The notes beneath the pieces are model-generated. The model saw nothing but the letters and a program-made list of their open reading frames with translations, was not told the origin of the DNA and ran no database searches. From the human T2T-CHM13v2.0 reference genome, Homo sapiens, in assembly GCF_009914755.1 (NCBI RefSeq), contig NC_060930.1: 64,000 nt of DNA; one strand, written 5' to 3'. How positions within the stretch are numbered: the stretch's first letter is position 1; the number at the start of each line of letters is the position of its first letter. Both the position numbers and the translations under genes were made by a program. Below, in pieces: positions 15,336 through 34,355 of the stretch.

Positions 15336-15561
15336 ATCTGTGATTACCTGATTAGCTTTAAAAAAAAAAAAAAAACACATCATGAAATTATTTAAAACGA
15401 AATTGAAGGGATCTGTAGACCATATGTCCTGGCAATTAAACTGTTCATAAGAAATAGTAATGAGTCTATAAACTATAAGTTTTTTCCTTATTATTCAAAG
15501 ATAATATAATTTTGCATTTAGTTATGTCACTTCAGGCTCTAACTAACTTATTGAAATGTAA

Positions 15562-15907
<346 letters not shown>

Positions 15908-17293
15908 AGGATAACATGAATTTTTTTAGGAAGCAAATAGATTATATGAGATAAGATGATAAAGGAAGTTTTATTTTACCTACTCATATAAGAGTCTTCT
16001 TTTTAATCTAATTCTGAAGGAGAATTTTGCCTGAAGAAAAGAAATGTAATTAAATGGTAAATTTAAGCCATCTTAGATGCCCATACACATTGACCATATT
16101 TAATTGCTTAATCTGATTATATTCTAGAATACTTTTAAAATTGTTAATATTGTGAAACATCCTGAATGATGAAAAGAGGTTTTATAATATTGCTACTCTT
16201 AATGAATGTTTTACAAATGTTCAGTGCTTAATAAGGTTTCAGGTAAGAAAAAAATACAAGGGAAATGATAAGAATAGCTGTTCCGTTGAGAATTATACAA
16301 TATCTAATTTGGATAACACAGTGACTTAGTCTTAATTTGTTCCAACATTCACTTGTACATTAGAATGAACAGCTGGTTAATTTAATAACTTCTGTTATAA
16401 TTCATTTGCTTCTTTGTTATAATTTTTGTCTGCTTGTTGTTTGTCACTTAATACCATGGAAATATTTAATTCTTAATATAAATATAACATTTAAAAATTG
16501 CACAAATATTTCCTTCTTCATGAAACAAAAAAAAATGTTTCTAGTATTTGGATTATTCTCATGTGATTGTAGCTCTCAATAAATTGAATTCTCATTTCTG
16601 ACTTCTAAAACTTTTCCAAAGAACATAAAATTGGGCAAAATTATTTCATTCTGATTCCACAATTCTACTACTAAAATTAGGTTCTTATTTATTTGTTCAT
16701 TTTAGTTATGGCATAAAGTCAAGATGACCTATTTGTGAAAGTTTCTTCCATTTCTTTCCCAAAGCAGGCCCTTATAGACAACAATAGTTTCTCTCGTCTC
16801 TTTATTTTTTTAAGGTCTCTGATGAAATTCTGTTGCTTTTATAACTAAATTCTTGAAGCATAAAGTCCGGTGTGCCAGAAAGCATTTACAGGAGTAAGTA
16901 TAACACCTCAAACATTATTATATGGGACGGAACTGTTAGGTACATAGAAGAGTCCTCGTTAACTGGATCTGCAGTTCAATCAATGCACTATAATCCAACT
17001 GTTTCAAATTATTAATGGGAGACTTTAAAAACCATAGTTTATTAGAAAGGTGCATATGAGACCTTAGACATATTTCCTCTAACTACTAATCTGTAGCTTG
17101 GTATTTTAATTTCTTGTACCAATAAAATCATGAATGCCTATGGAAAGCAATTGTTGAGTAAAATAATATGTTATTGGCTATCATAATATTGTTCATCTAC
17201 TAAGCAAATTAATATCTATAATAGGCAGTAGATTAATATCTTTAATACACCTAAACCAGTAAGTAGAAAAATCACCAAAGATTATTATTAGGA

Positions 17294-17328
17294 CTCTCTC
17301 TCTCTCTCTCTCTCTCCTTCTTTCTCTA
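17294..17328. repeat. (CT)n microsatellite
   Basis: Direct reading. Confidence 0.9.
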
Positions 17329-17769
17329 GGCTTGTGGGCCTAAATAAAGAAAACATGCTTCTCTCTATACCATATCATATTATTTATGGAAATTCTTTTT
17401 TATCCTATCCTGACAGTAACCAAAATCATTGCCTCAACTCTCCCTTCTGTTTTGACTGTGAAGTTTTGGTTTTTAACAGTAAGTATAACTTAGGAATTAA
17501 CCAAGTTGGAAAATTTTTATTTGTCATTTATCTTCCCTTTTAGTTTTTGAAAATTCTTCTAAATGTGTTCTGTGTTTTGTTTATTTAGCAGTCAAGAAAA
17601 ATTGCATAATTTTTAAATGGAAATAACTGAGAAATTCTGAAATCATTAAGGGATTTCAAAATGTGGAAACTTTAAGAACAGAAATGTTCTGGACTAAATA
17701 TCTAAACAGGAAAGCTAACAAACTGATTTTTTTCATTTCTGTATTTTATTTTATTTTTTATATTCAAGT

Positions 17770-17945
17770 TGTCTTCTGTGAAGGATGACAGAATGTTAGA
17801 TCTCAGCGAGATCTTAGAGGCCACCTAGTTCGGCCTCTCATCGCTCAAACATGAGAACTGAAATCATGAAAGCTACGTAACTTGATTCAATTATATAACC
17901 AATTGATGACCAATTTGGCACTAGAACACCGTGTTCTTTCCACTC
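17770..17945 (-). mobile_element. MIR remnant
   Basis: acagaatgttag...atcttagaggccacctagttc...atgagaactgaaatc. Confidence 0.55.
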
Positions 17946-18835
17946 AACCCCAACTTGAATGAACTAATTAACTTCTTTGAAAAGAGTTATAATTCTGTTT
18001 GCTTTTATACACTCATCCCAAGGGTCTAATGTTCCAAGAAAGCTTGCTCTCCTCCCGGTTACCTTTACAAGACACCTTGGGTAGATTTTCAGTAGACACA
18101 TCCTTCTTCCCTTCTTAAGGTAAGAATGGAAGGGTGGAATTGTTATCTACCATATCCTACCTTTTTATCTATGGACATTGTGCCTTCTCTGAGATCTCTT
18201 CAATATATTCCAATGAACTAGCATCACCACCAGGCATTTTAAAATGACTTTGGGAGTGGTGCAGAGGCAAGATGATAGCAAAAGAGAAGGTACTGAAATG
18301 TAGGAGGTTATCAGGAAATAAAATGAAGTGCAGATAAATGAAGAACATCCAGATACAATTACATTTGAAACCAATAAATCTAAGGTAATAGAAATACATT
18401 TGTGTGGATGTTCCATCTGGAAAATTAGGTCAAACCATTTAGTCCATTAAATCACAATAATTTATCCAATATTTTGCTTGCTAAGGAAGTAAAGAAGGAA
18501 TTTTTAATGCCAAATATATGGCTAAATACTCTGTTCCAGAACATTTTGTAATCATGTTTTGATTGCACAGTTTCAGAGAAACTGCTTTTCCTATCCAAAT
18601 CCACTGCTGTTAACTCCTTAAAATTATATCCTGTTTCTGTCTTAATAACTTCCCCACTCCCACCTTCCCCCTTCCTCTAAGTGAATACTCTCCTGTTTTG
18701 CTTCTGCCTCTCCTAATTTATCTCACAGAGTTCCTTGCCAGGATCTTCTGCTCCTCTTGGTACTCAACTGGTAGTGAGAATTTTACCTCACAGTTTCATC
18801 CCCATGTTACTGAATCCCAACCTGAGCACCTCGTT

Positions 18836-19278
18836 TCTTTTTTTTAAATTTCAGTAGTTTTGGGGAAACAGGTGTTTTTTAGTTACATGGATAAATTCCT
18901 TGGTGGCAATTTCTGAGATTCTGGTGTGCCTGTCACCCGAGCAGTTTATACTGTACCCAATGTGTGGTCTTTTATCCATCAACCCCCTCCCACCCTTCCC
19001 CGAGTCCCCCAAAGTCCATTATATTATTTTTATGCTTTTTTACTCTCATAGTTTAGCTCCCACTTATAAGTGAGAACATACGATATTTGGTTTTCCATTC
19101 CTGCGTTACTTTCCATAGAATAATGGTCTCCAACTTGACCCAGGTTGCTGCAAATGCAATTATTTCATTCCTTTTATTAGCTGAGTAGTATTCCATGGTG
19201 TATATATACCACATTTTCTTAATCCACTCTTTGGTTGATGGGCATTTAGGCTGTTTCCATGTTTTTCCTATTGTGAAT
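18836..19278 (-). mobile_element. 5'-truncated L1 (L1PB-type 3' end)
   Basis: agttttggggaaacaggtg...ttagctcccacttataagtgagaacatacg...ttggttgatgggcatttagg; TSD-like agcacctcgtttctt/agtaccctgtttctt. Confidence 0.85.
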
Positions 19279-19375
19279 TAGTACCCTGTTTCTTACTACA
19301 GAGTAGTTCTATATTTCCAGCTGCCTAAAGGGCATCTTCTCTTGGAAGGGCAACCATTAAACAATCAACACACAA

Positions 19376-19675
19376 GGCCAGGTGCGGTGGCTCATGCCTG
19401 TAATCCCAGCACTTTGGGAGGCCAAGGCTGGCAAATCACTTGAGGTCAGGAGTTCAAGACCAGTCTGGCCAACATGGTGAAACCCCAACTCTACTAAAAA
19501 TACAAAAATTAGCCAGACGTGGTGATGGGCGCCTGTAACCCAAGGCACTCAGGAGGCTGAGGCAGGAGAATCATTTAAACCCAAGAGGCCGAAGTTGCAG
19601 TGAGCTGAGATCACACCACTATACTCCAGCCTGGGTGACAGAGTGAGACTCCGTCTCAAAAAAAAAAAAAAAAAA
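19376..19675 (+). mobile_element. AluS
   Basis: ggccaggtgcggtggctcatgcc... to A-tail. Confidence 0.95.
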
Positions 19676-19929
19676 CCACAATCACTACTGAGGAGACAAG
19701 GGTGCAGAATTTTAAAGAAAAATAAGAAAAAAGCCCTAACCTCAAAGTACTTAAAATTATCTGTAGATCACAATAGATGGACTAACAGAGAAACTGAAAA
19801 TAACAAGAAGAGATTAGTGGGTGATAATATTTGAAAGGTAAGTGAGGTTGCAGACTGCAAATGTTCTCAAGACTCCAAAAATCGGTGTAAATATCAACAG
19901 GTGATGAGAGAAGACTGTCTTCTGTCTTT

Positions 19930-20450
19930 AGTCATTCATTAAGCAAATATATTGAGGCATGTAAGGCCTAAATATCAAGCATTCTTCTAAACACTGGGGC
20001 AGATTTTACGGTAGTGAAAAACTGCCACAAGGTTCTATTTCATATGGAGCCTTCATTCAAATGAAAAGTCAACAAATAAATAAGCGAAATAAATAAAAAA
20101 GATAATTTCATCTGGTGATGAATGCTATGAACAAAATAACTCTTAGTGATGTGACAGAGAATAACTGAATAACTGTGGAGGTTATATTTCAGCTGAGACC
20201 TGGATTCAGAGAAGGAAACAGCCATGCCTAAATGGGGCTGAATGGGGGTGGGGAAAGTACATTCTAAGCAAGGGTAATAGCAGGTGCAAAGTCCCTGAGA
20301 TAGAAATAAGCTTGGCATATACAGGAGTCTCATAGGTATACAGCATAGTGTGAGAAAATGAGAACACTATGGGATGAAGTCAAGAAAGTAAAATGAGCCA
20401 GATCATGTTTTTGCCCAAATAAGAGGTTTCAATATTTATTCTGACTGTTC
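19930..20450 (-). mobile_element. L2 remnant
   Basis: gtcattcattaagcaaatatattgag (reverse L2 3' end); tgcaaagtccctgagatag...agccagatcatg. Confidence 0.7.
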
Positions 20451-22079
20451 ATGATAACAATAAATTGATAGCACTTCATTTTACAACATAAACAAATCTA
20501 CTGAATATGTCATTAGAAATAGGATAACTAGCAAATAAAGCACATATTCAGAAACATAATATCTGTTAGTGTTTTAACCAGTATTCTTTAAGGCTCAGAG
20601 ACATGAAGATGGTCACTAGAGAAATGTGGTATTTGCAGACTAGTGATGCTTCAACAGAAGCTAGGTTAAATATATACCCAAGCCATCTTTTGCTTAAAGC
20701 TTCAGTTTTCCACGTACTTTGACACCAGGAAGGGAGATGTCCTAGAGAAGGACTTCAGCAATTTGGTACCTGAGAGAGCCTCTTGGAAATTGGTCTTTGG
20801 ATCAAATTATAAATTAATAAATTGATATTTACTTTGTTTTTCTTTTGTGGAACTCTACTTTGAATTTTCTTAGCTATATTTCATCATGTAGGAGACTAGT
20901 TAGACCTGAGTGAATTAACAAAGTTTATTCATTTATTCTACAACAAACATTGTGTTCTGATCATATAACTGATCTGATGCTGTAAGCTTCAGTTATAAGA
21001 TGTATAAATGATGGCCCTACCTTCAAGGAGTTGATGGTCACGGGGAAGAGCGATGAGCAAACAAATAATTACATGACAGTGAAAACTGCTGTGTTGGAGG
21101 TAAGCAGTAGACAATGTGTGTAGAATATTGATACCCAGGAATAACTTCAAATCAAGCCAGAAAAGACAGGAAAAATGAGGGAACCCCTTGCTTAAAGACA
21201 CAAATATTACAACTCATTAAACATTTTTTTAAAAAAAACTAAGAACATGGTGCTGTTGATAACCAATAAAATACAATGCAATACAATGAAAATTTTTATT
21301 TAAAAATGTATATTTGGAGAAAGAAAATCTACCTAAAATCAGTAGGTAGATTTAGTGAATGTTAGATTAACTTAAAATATTTGTCTGAAAATATTTCATG
21401 AGAAAAGTCATACCTTCTGTGATTGCTCACACATATGATGCATGTCATAGACTATGCCATCTGTTTAGCAAATCATTCATTGTCTTCTGGTTCAAGGGTA
21501 ATTGTGAGATAGTGTACTGATAGCTGGAAAGTCCCTTTTCAAAGTAGTCTGGAAGAGATGCACAGGTGCAACAATTTGCAATAATATTTTTAAAACAGAA
21601 TATATTCCACTCTTTCATGTCTAAATTCCTATAGAGAGCCAAAGAGAGCAAGAAGATATTTGTTAATGGATAATGCCTTTGAGGGACTTGGAGCTTATTC
21701 CTCATATGAGAACCAATCAGGCCACATTTCTCCCAGAGACCATCTTCTCTAGTTTTCACTCTGGATTAAATCTGAATTTCTGTATAAAACAATTAGACTT
21801 AGTTTGTGCTTTTCTCTCCTTTTCATGAATAATTTAGTTTATCTGTAAATTACTAATTGGGTTGTTGATAATTTTAGATTAATATCATTAGAATTATATT
21901 TTAAGATTATAGAGATTAATATGGAATTGAAATTTCCCCTGATGCTTATTTAATTGAATGGGGCACAAAGAAGCTTTCTAAAACATCTTCAAGCAAACCC
22001 AACAAGAGCTTTAAATAAGATTACATTTTAGTCATTCTCACAAATAGTTCTGATTTTGTTCCAACATTTTAACAATTTT

Positions 22080-26150
<4,071 letters not shown>

Positions 26151-26158
26151 CTTTCAGG

Positions 26159-26160
<2 letters not shown>

Positions 26161-26204
<44 letters not shown>
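26161..26204. repeat. (GT)22 microsatellite
   Basis: Direct reading; uninterrupted. Confidence 0.95.
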
Positions 26205-26206
<2 letters not shown>

Positions 26207-26963
26207 TTTCTACTTGTTTAATTTTGGTTTTGATTCACTATGCAGCTGTTGCATGAGGAGGGTCAATCCACTAGGAGCTCGCATGGCCTTGAAAGCCAAA
26301 TTTGGTTGTCAGTTTTTGGAATTTTAAAAACCTATAGAATTGTTAAGCCTCTAGAAGAAAAATATCAATTGCAGTGTCTTAAATGTCAAGGAAAATAGAT
26401 ATGTGTTTAGAGAAGTCTTATTTTCTCTTGAACTAGCTCCCAGTTTACTTTCATAGCCTTCAGAAGAGTCAAAGTCATGATATGACCCCCTTGCAACATT
26501 TTATTGTAACAGTTAGTATACTTTAGACCTAGAAGGAACAGTTATCTACAGTTGAGCTAGTGTTGACATTTCAGAGACATAGATTCTGCAGAAATGGAAT
26601 AGATTCAAGTGACACAGGTAAACCTTCTAATTTTGCAGATGAGAAATTGAAGACCAAATGATTATGTGATTTAAACTTTAGCATATATCAGAATCAGCTA
26701 AAGTTCACTGATGTCGCACATCCAATAAGAGCTATTTGGAACGTATCTTAGGAATTTTACTTCCATAATATATCGCTACATATTACTATCTCTCTTTTGG
26801 TTGTATTTACAGCCGTATTATTTTATGAGCTGCTAAGAATCACGGGGGGGTCTTGAGTGGTTGGTATACACAGGAAAATAAAGTCAAAAGGCATCTAGCT
26901 CTTCACCTATATGTAGCTTTGTCTCTGTCTGCTCATCTTTTAAAGAGAATTATAACACGATTC

Positions 26964-27134
26964 CAGGGGTAGGAAAACTTTACCTGTAAAGTGGCAGATA
27001 GCAAATATTTTAGATTTTGTGAACAACATTCCATTGTATATTATTTGTTTAACAGCCCCTTAGAAATGTGAAAATCATTCTTAGCTTTAGAGCTGTACAA
27101 AAACAGGTGGTAGACTATAGTTTGCCAACTTTTG
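26964..27134 (+). mobile_element. MER58-like hAT MITE inserted in a MIR
   Basis: caggggtaggaaaact...agtttgccaacttttg imperfect terminal inverted repeats; gctgtacaaaaacaggtgg. Confidence 0.75.
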
Positions 27135-28719
27135 CATATTAGAATTCCTGCTGTAAAATGTTGAAGCATCAGATGAGATAATACAGGTAGAAAACATTGT
27201 AAATCATGTTATTTATATGTGTGATATTATTAATGGTAATAGTTACCCATTGTTATTTGGAGGGCAGCATAAAGGCCTGAGGGAATTGAACAGAGATAAG
27301 GTAGGTTTTCATAGGGGAATGAGGTAGGAAAATTCTAGAAAAATGGTGGGAGATACTATTTTCCAAGGAGTAGCATGATCCCAGCACTTATACCATGAGC
27401 AAGGTATGGTAGGAAACACCCACACACATGTTGATTATTTCACAATATTTTTGTAAACCCAACCTTAGCAAAAAGAATCTGGTTGCTTTGGAATTAGAGA
27501 AGAATGGCTAAAATCAGCGATCTCGTCATCTCTAGCCAAGAATATGGCATAATTTGACTTTCTCATAATTTCTTTTAATGTATTTTTTCAACAAACTTTT
27601 GAATTTCTCTCTCAGTTCCTTTTTAACTCTTATTTCATAGTCTTTCAAATTAGTATTGTAAATTTAATGATGATCATACTCTTGAATTTTCACTACTGCC
27701 TTTTAATGAACATAAAATAATTTTGTCTAGAGGATATAAAAATACTTTATGAATCATGATTTTCTGGGAGAAACAAGCAAGTTTTCTCAAGAATGAATTC
27801 TTAATTCAAGTTCATTGACATTTATTACTGATAACATTAAAAATTACCCTAATTTTATTTATTTTTTTCTATGAACTTAAAAAGACTATTCTTAAAATAA
27901 TAACATAGCATATTTTCTAGAGCAAGGGACTGAGAATTCTTACAGATCTATTACTCACTATAATAACTGGAGATTAGCAGATCACGACCCCATATGCCTG
28001 TAGAATTTCATGCACACATGCCATTTTGAGAAAAACTGGCACCATGATGGACAGTCTCTTAGTTGTGAAAAGCCTGTGCTGTAATTCATTGTTGAGTTGT
28101 AATTTCACGATATCTCTTAGTCATGCCTAAAATTAGAAGCAAATAATCAAATAACAAATACCATGCATCACAGAACAAGCTGAATAATCATGTTAAACAC
28201 ATTGACTAATTCTTGAACTTAACTATTTGATGAAAAGAGGCGAGCATTGAATCAACTGATGAGGCATATGAATAATAAGACTATTACATGAGTTATGGGG
28301 AAAAAAAAAGCCCTAGATCCCAGCCACAACCTACAGACAGAATAGAATAGTATCAATAGAATCTGTTAATAGAATAACAGAATACAAATCAGAAGCACAA
28401 TCACAAAAATGTGTTTATGAGTCACAACCTACTCACATTTCTCATTGGAATTACTGATTTCTATGACTAACCTTGGGACTTTTAAAATGATACTGGAAAT
28501 GACAAAATTACCCTTCAAAATGTAAAATACAAAAATAACTGGGTTAGCTCTTGTTTTAAAAGAAAGGCATAAAAATTACTTCTATGAAATCACGTTAACC
28601 CAAGAGGAAAAACAACAACAAAAAGAAACACTTGGAGTCATTTAATTCCTTCTCTGTCACTCTTTTTACTACATTACAGCTATCACCATATTCAACAGAT
28701 TCTACTTCTAATGGTGACT

Positions 28720-29500
<781 letters not shown>

Positions 29501-29774
29501 GCCCCTTCCCACTTCATAGCCCATTCATGTCTCAACATAACAATGCAGCATAACAATAGGCATAACAATAACATAACACAGCATAACAATAACCTCATGT
29601 CTTGCCTCCTGGATCTCCTCCCTCTAGTGCATATTTTACTTTGCCACAATATCTGTTTGTTTTTTAACTCAGAACCGATTATGAATCTTCTATTAGAAAT
29701 AGACAAAGTTTGGGTTTCAAATAAGAGACAGCGCAGTAACCTGAGATTAACAACCCTGGGAAGCTTTTATCCCC

Positions 29775-30203
29775 TGAAATGGGTTGAACTGTGTCCCCAC
29801 AAAAGATATGTAAAGTCATAACCCCAAGCACTTCAGAATGTGATCTTTGGAAATAAGATTGTTGCAGAAGTAATTATTTCAGATGAGGTCATACTGGAGT
29901 AGGATGGGCTCAATCCAACATGACTGGTGTTTTTATAAGACGAGAAGAAGAAACACAGAGATAAGCACATTGGGAGAAGATGGTGGGGATTAGAGTGATG
30001 CAGCCACCAGCTGAGGTACACCGAGGATTGTTAGCAAGCACCAACAGCTAGAAGAGGCAAGGAAGGGCTATTCCCTACAGGTTTCAGAGGGAGCCTGGCC
30101 CTGTCAACGACTTGATTTCAGAACTATGAGAAAATAAATTTTTGTTGTTTTAATGTATCCAGTGTATGGTACTTTGTTACAGCAGTCCTAGGAAACTAAT
30201 ACA
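29775..30203 (+). mobile_element. MLT1C-like MaLR solo LTR
   Basis: tgggttgaactgtgtcccc...gatgaggtcatactggagtagg...ggaaactaataca. Confidence 0.85.
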
Positions 30204-30489
30204 ACTCCCTTTGGCCCAAAGGGAGAAACTTTTAGAACCCAGATATGGTAGCACCTATGGCCTTCAATACAGCATACAGGTAAATGGCAGATTGAGAGCT
30301 GAAAAAATAAACATCCTCAGCCCTCTGATTACCTGCAGTTACCTTTCATTCGTTGAACTAAATTGAAAGACAGAGGGTAATTGAAGCCATTGATGTGTGC
30401 CTCTGTGGATCAGCCTCCAGTGGCACAGAGGGAGGACAAGAGAAGAAAGAGAATCTAGAAGAAAATAGAACTATCTTGCACAAAGTCCC

Positions 30490-30855
30490 TGAATGGTTTG
30501 GCTGTGCCCCACTCAAATCTCATCTGGAATTGTAGTTCCCATAATGTGTTGTGGGAGGGACCCAGTGGGAGGTGATTGAATCATGGAGGAGGTTACCTCC
30601 GTGCTGTTCTAGTGATAGTGAATGAGTTCCCATGATATCTGATGGTTTTATAAGGGGCTTTCCCCTGACTTTGCTCTCATTCCTCTCCTTGCTACTGCCA
30701 TGTGAAGAAGGGTGCATTTGCTTCCCCTTCTGCCATGATTTTAAGTTTATTGAGGCCTCCCCAGCCATGCAGAATTATGAGTCAATGAAACCTCTATCCT
30801 TTATGAATTACTCTAGGGTATATCTTTATTAGCAGCATAAGAATGGACTAATACA
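30490..30855 (+). mobile_element. THE1 solo LTR
   Basis: tggtttggctgtgcccc...gactaataca; perfect 5-bp TSD GTCCC. Confidence 0.92.
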
Positions 30856-32093
30856 GTCCCTAAAAAACTTTGCGTCAGCTTATCTTTCCTGCCTCATCTC
30901 TTGTTCTTTCTTAACAAATAACATACAATCAGACATACAGGACAATTCGTACAATCAAGACATCAAGGACCAGTGCCACTCAAGGCACTCTACATGTTCT
31001 GCTATCATGTAGATAGCTTATATAGTCCATCTTCTAAAATACTTACTGTATTTTCCACCTTCTCCATCTGTAAAAATCTAACTCATCTTCCAGGCCCTCC
31101 ATGAAGCATTCTAAGATCCCCCTAGGAAGAAATGACCCCTGCATTGCAACTCCCAGAGTCCTGAGTTTACAGTTCTCTAATTGTATCCACCAAAATCTCT
31201 CTGATATTATAGTGAAGGATCTGTCTTCTTTATGTAATTGCAAGATTCCTCAGGGCTTGAATTGACCATTTATAGGCCCTATGTGTACCACAACAATGTA
31301 CACAAGTAGTGATTCATATACATTAAGTTGAAATGATAATTTTGTATTGAGATGAAGCCTAGAGTCATTCAGTTCAATCTGCCCAATTTATAGAAGTAAA
31401 ACATGAGGCCCAAAAAAGTGCAGGCAAATGGACAATTAATGGAACTATAGAACTAGGATAAAGATATTTACTTGTATGGTCTGGTATCTTTCCCATACAA
31501 ATATGGAACAAACATCATTGTCATAAAGCTCTTAATAGAAGCTCCAAAGTCTTACAAAGCTAAGAAAAAATAATATGTAAACGAGTTAGGAATATGTAAG
31601 TAAAAAGCTTTTTAAAATACTTGCATGTTGGGAAATTTTTAGAAAGTATTTGGGAAAATATTTTGAGTTTTACTGATAACACAATGTTTGTAAAACAGCT
31701 TGTGGTATTTAACATTCTGCAAAGGATGGCAGCTGGGTTCTCCCATTCCAACTTGGTAGCAGTATCTTAAAACATAAATAGATAAAATTATTTGCCATAT
31801 TTTAAAATAAATACTACTGTATCACTTAAGCTGTCAGTTTCAAAACTTTCAGAATCATTTAATACTCTTGTTGATTTTGTCATGCAAAATGTCAAAACCA
31901 ATTTCATATAGCTCATAAATAAAAATGGCAGGTTTCTTATCTATATTACCCGATAAAATGAACTTTCTTGTGTGGCAAGATTGGCTATTTTTTATATTAA
32001 ACTTATTCTTACATTAGTGGATGCTATATCTTCTCAATGACATCTTTCTACTGGGGAAAAAAATCACAAATGAAAACCTATAAAAGTTAACGA

Positions 32094-32663
32094 TGTAGTG
32101 GTTAGTCAGTGGCAGTCAGGAGCTTCCAAGACTACTCTCAGGTTCAATACTGCTATAGAAGGACTCACAGAATTCAGCAAAGCTGTTTACCCACAATTAT
32201 AGTTTATTACAGTGAAAGGACACAGATTAAAATCAACACCAAGAAAAGGCACATAAAGCATGGTCCAGGAGAGACCAGACAGAGTTACCAGTGGTCTTTT
32301 CCTGGTGGAGTTGTGCAAACAATGCTTATTTCTCCTAGCAATAATGTGTGACTTTGTGCATTGAGTATTACCAACCAGGAAACTCACCTGAGCCTTGGTG
32401 TCTGGGGTTTTTATTGGGGGATAACCACCCACATAGCTGACCTTAGTTTCTAGCACCTCCAGAGGTCAAGCCTATACTGCCTGACTCAAGGCCCCCAACA
32501 TAAATCACATTGTTAGCACAGACTATGTGGCATGGCTCAAGGACCCCAAGTCAAATAAAGACACTCCTCTGGCTGGCCATTCCAAAAGCTTTGAGGTTAC
32601 CTCTCAGGAGCTGAAGGCAAGAGGCAAACCTTTCTTTAGGCAAGGTTGATCCTTTACTATACA
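32094..32663 (-). mobile_element. MER21/MER77-like solo LTR
   Basis: TG...CA ends; ggactcacagaattcagcaaagctg...gtttattacagtgaaagg; cataaatcacattgttagca. Confidence 0.7.
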
Positions 32664-34264
32664 AGTGTGCCTTGTAAATTTAAAATATAAATTTCTAGAG
32701 AATAGGGTCCCCATCCTGTTGTTTCTACCCTGTACCTGAAGTGTCCAACCCAAGGTTCCAAACTGTCTTGATTTATGGTGCTCTTCTATTATTTTTCATG
32801 GTGCCTTTTAGGCCAAAAGAAATTCCTAATAGTAATTGGGTCCAAACAACTTAACAGTAGCATTTGCATGTGTTGATAGGTAATGCTGTGATTCCCTCAA
32901 GAATTTTTAATGTTCCATGTGATCCTATGGGTTTGCTGCAGTGCTTCAGAACACCTCAACCCATAGTTTGGAAAGTTCAGTTCCACATGATGCTTTAAGT
33001 TACTACAGAGTAGAATTATTATATTGTTTCTTTCCTTTAAAAATGCTTTTTTGGGATCGAAATATGTGCAGAATGCCAGGAACTGGCCTTCCATATACAG
33101 GTAAAATCTGCTCTGGAAAGTTTGAAGTGTTTCATAGATGTTATAAAGTTAATAATAAAGGGAAATCTGGAGAAAGGATTATTTTCTCTATTAAACAAGT
33201 TAGTAAACCAAATTTTCCAGAGCTTGACGCAGGATCTAACAGACATCCAGGAAATGTTTGTTAAATTCAATTGTAACACAAAAAAGGAAGACTTGCTTAC
33301 CTTACTCTGTCTTGGATGTGCATGCAAATAGTAGCTTTTAACACCAAGCTTATTTCTCTGTTCATTGAGATGAAGATTTCACTCAAAAAACAACAACAAC
33401 TTTCTCTTTCTTGTTCATTATAAAAGCAGAAATAGGAATTAGCATCAAAAATTAAGAAATATTAACTATGACCAAGTTTAATTTATTAGAACACTCTTGC
33501 CATTGGAAGAAGTAACGAGAAAATTCAAAAAAGATGAGGAAGGGAAACTGTCAGAACCCTCACCTGAGAAAGAAAACTATAGCATGTAATGCAAATTTGT
33601 AGGTACAGAAGGGGATTAACAGTTAATATTTAATTTTGCCCTTTTCATTTAAAAGAATATGCCCATTAATTTCAAAGTGTGATGTTATATATAGTTTTTT
33701 TTAATTCTAAAAAATCTCTTTAGAATGATTAAGGAATTAGATTCTGTCACATTCACACTATCTGATGAGATTATAAATTGGTGATAAGTTTCTGTGATAA
33801 TGTGTGCCAAAAGCCTTGAAAATACATCCACCCTTTCTGCATCAATTTAATTCTTAGGACTTCATCCTGTGACATATTAGGAATGCATATAAAAATCATG
33901 TTATATGTTAATAAAATATATTCATTATATATGATATATTAACATATATTTTATATATTTTATTGAAATCATGAATGATATATTTTTAATATAATGGAAT
34001 TAGTTAAATAAATTATGACATCACTATATAGTAAAATACTGTATGGCTGCGAATCATGATAATGTAAAGATGCATTAGTTGCATGAAAAATGTTGAGGAT
34101 ACATTACTAATTAACAAAAGCAGGAAAGGAGTATTATTATTTTATTTTGGCAATAGTGCCACTTATTAATATATATTTTATACACACAAATGCAAACACT
34201 AGAAAGAAATATACCAATGTGTTAAAGTAGTTATTTTGGGTAATAAGTTCAAGTGAAGACCTTT

Positions 34265-34355
34265 TTTCCTTCCTGCCTGCCCGCCTGCCTTCCTCCCTTC
34301 TCCTCTCTCTCCTTCCTTCCCTTATTTCCTTCCTCCTTTTCTCCTCTTCTTCCCT
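34265..34355. repeat. Polypyrimidine low-complexity tract (CCTG/CCTT/CCT)
   Basis: Direct reading. Confidence 0.8.

Noticed and set aside
33122-33331. 69-aa ORF reading like an amphipathic helix (KCFIDVIKLIIKGNLEKGLFSLLNKLV...)
   Set aside because: TTG start, no recognisable homologue and no convincing exon boundaries; probably chance, though a tblastn search would settle it.
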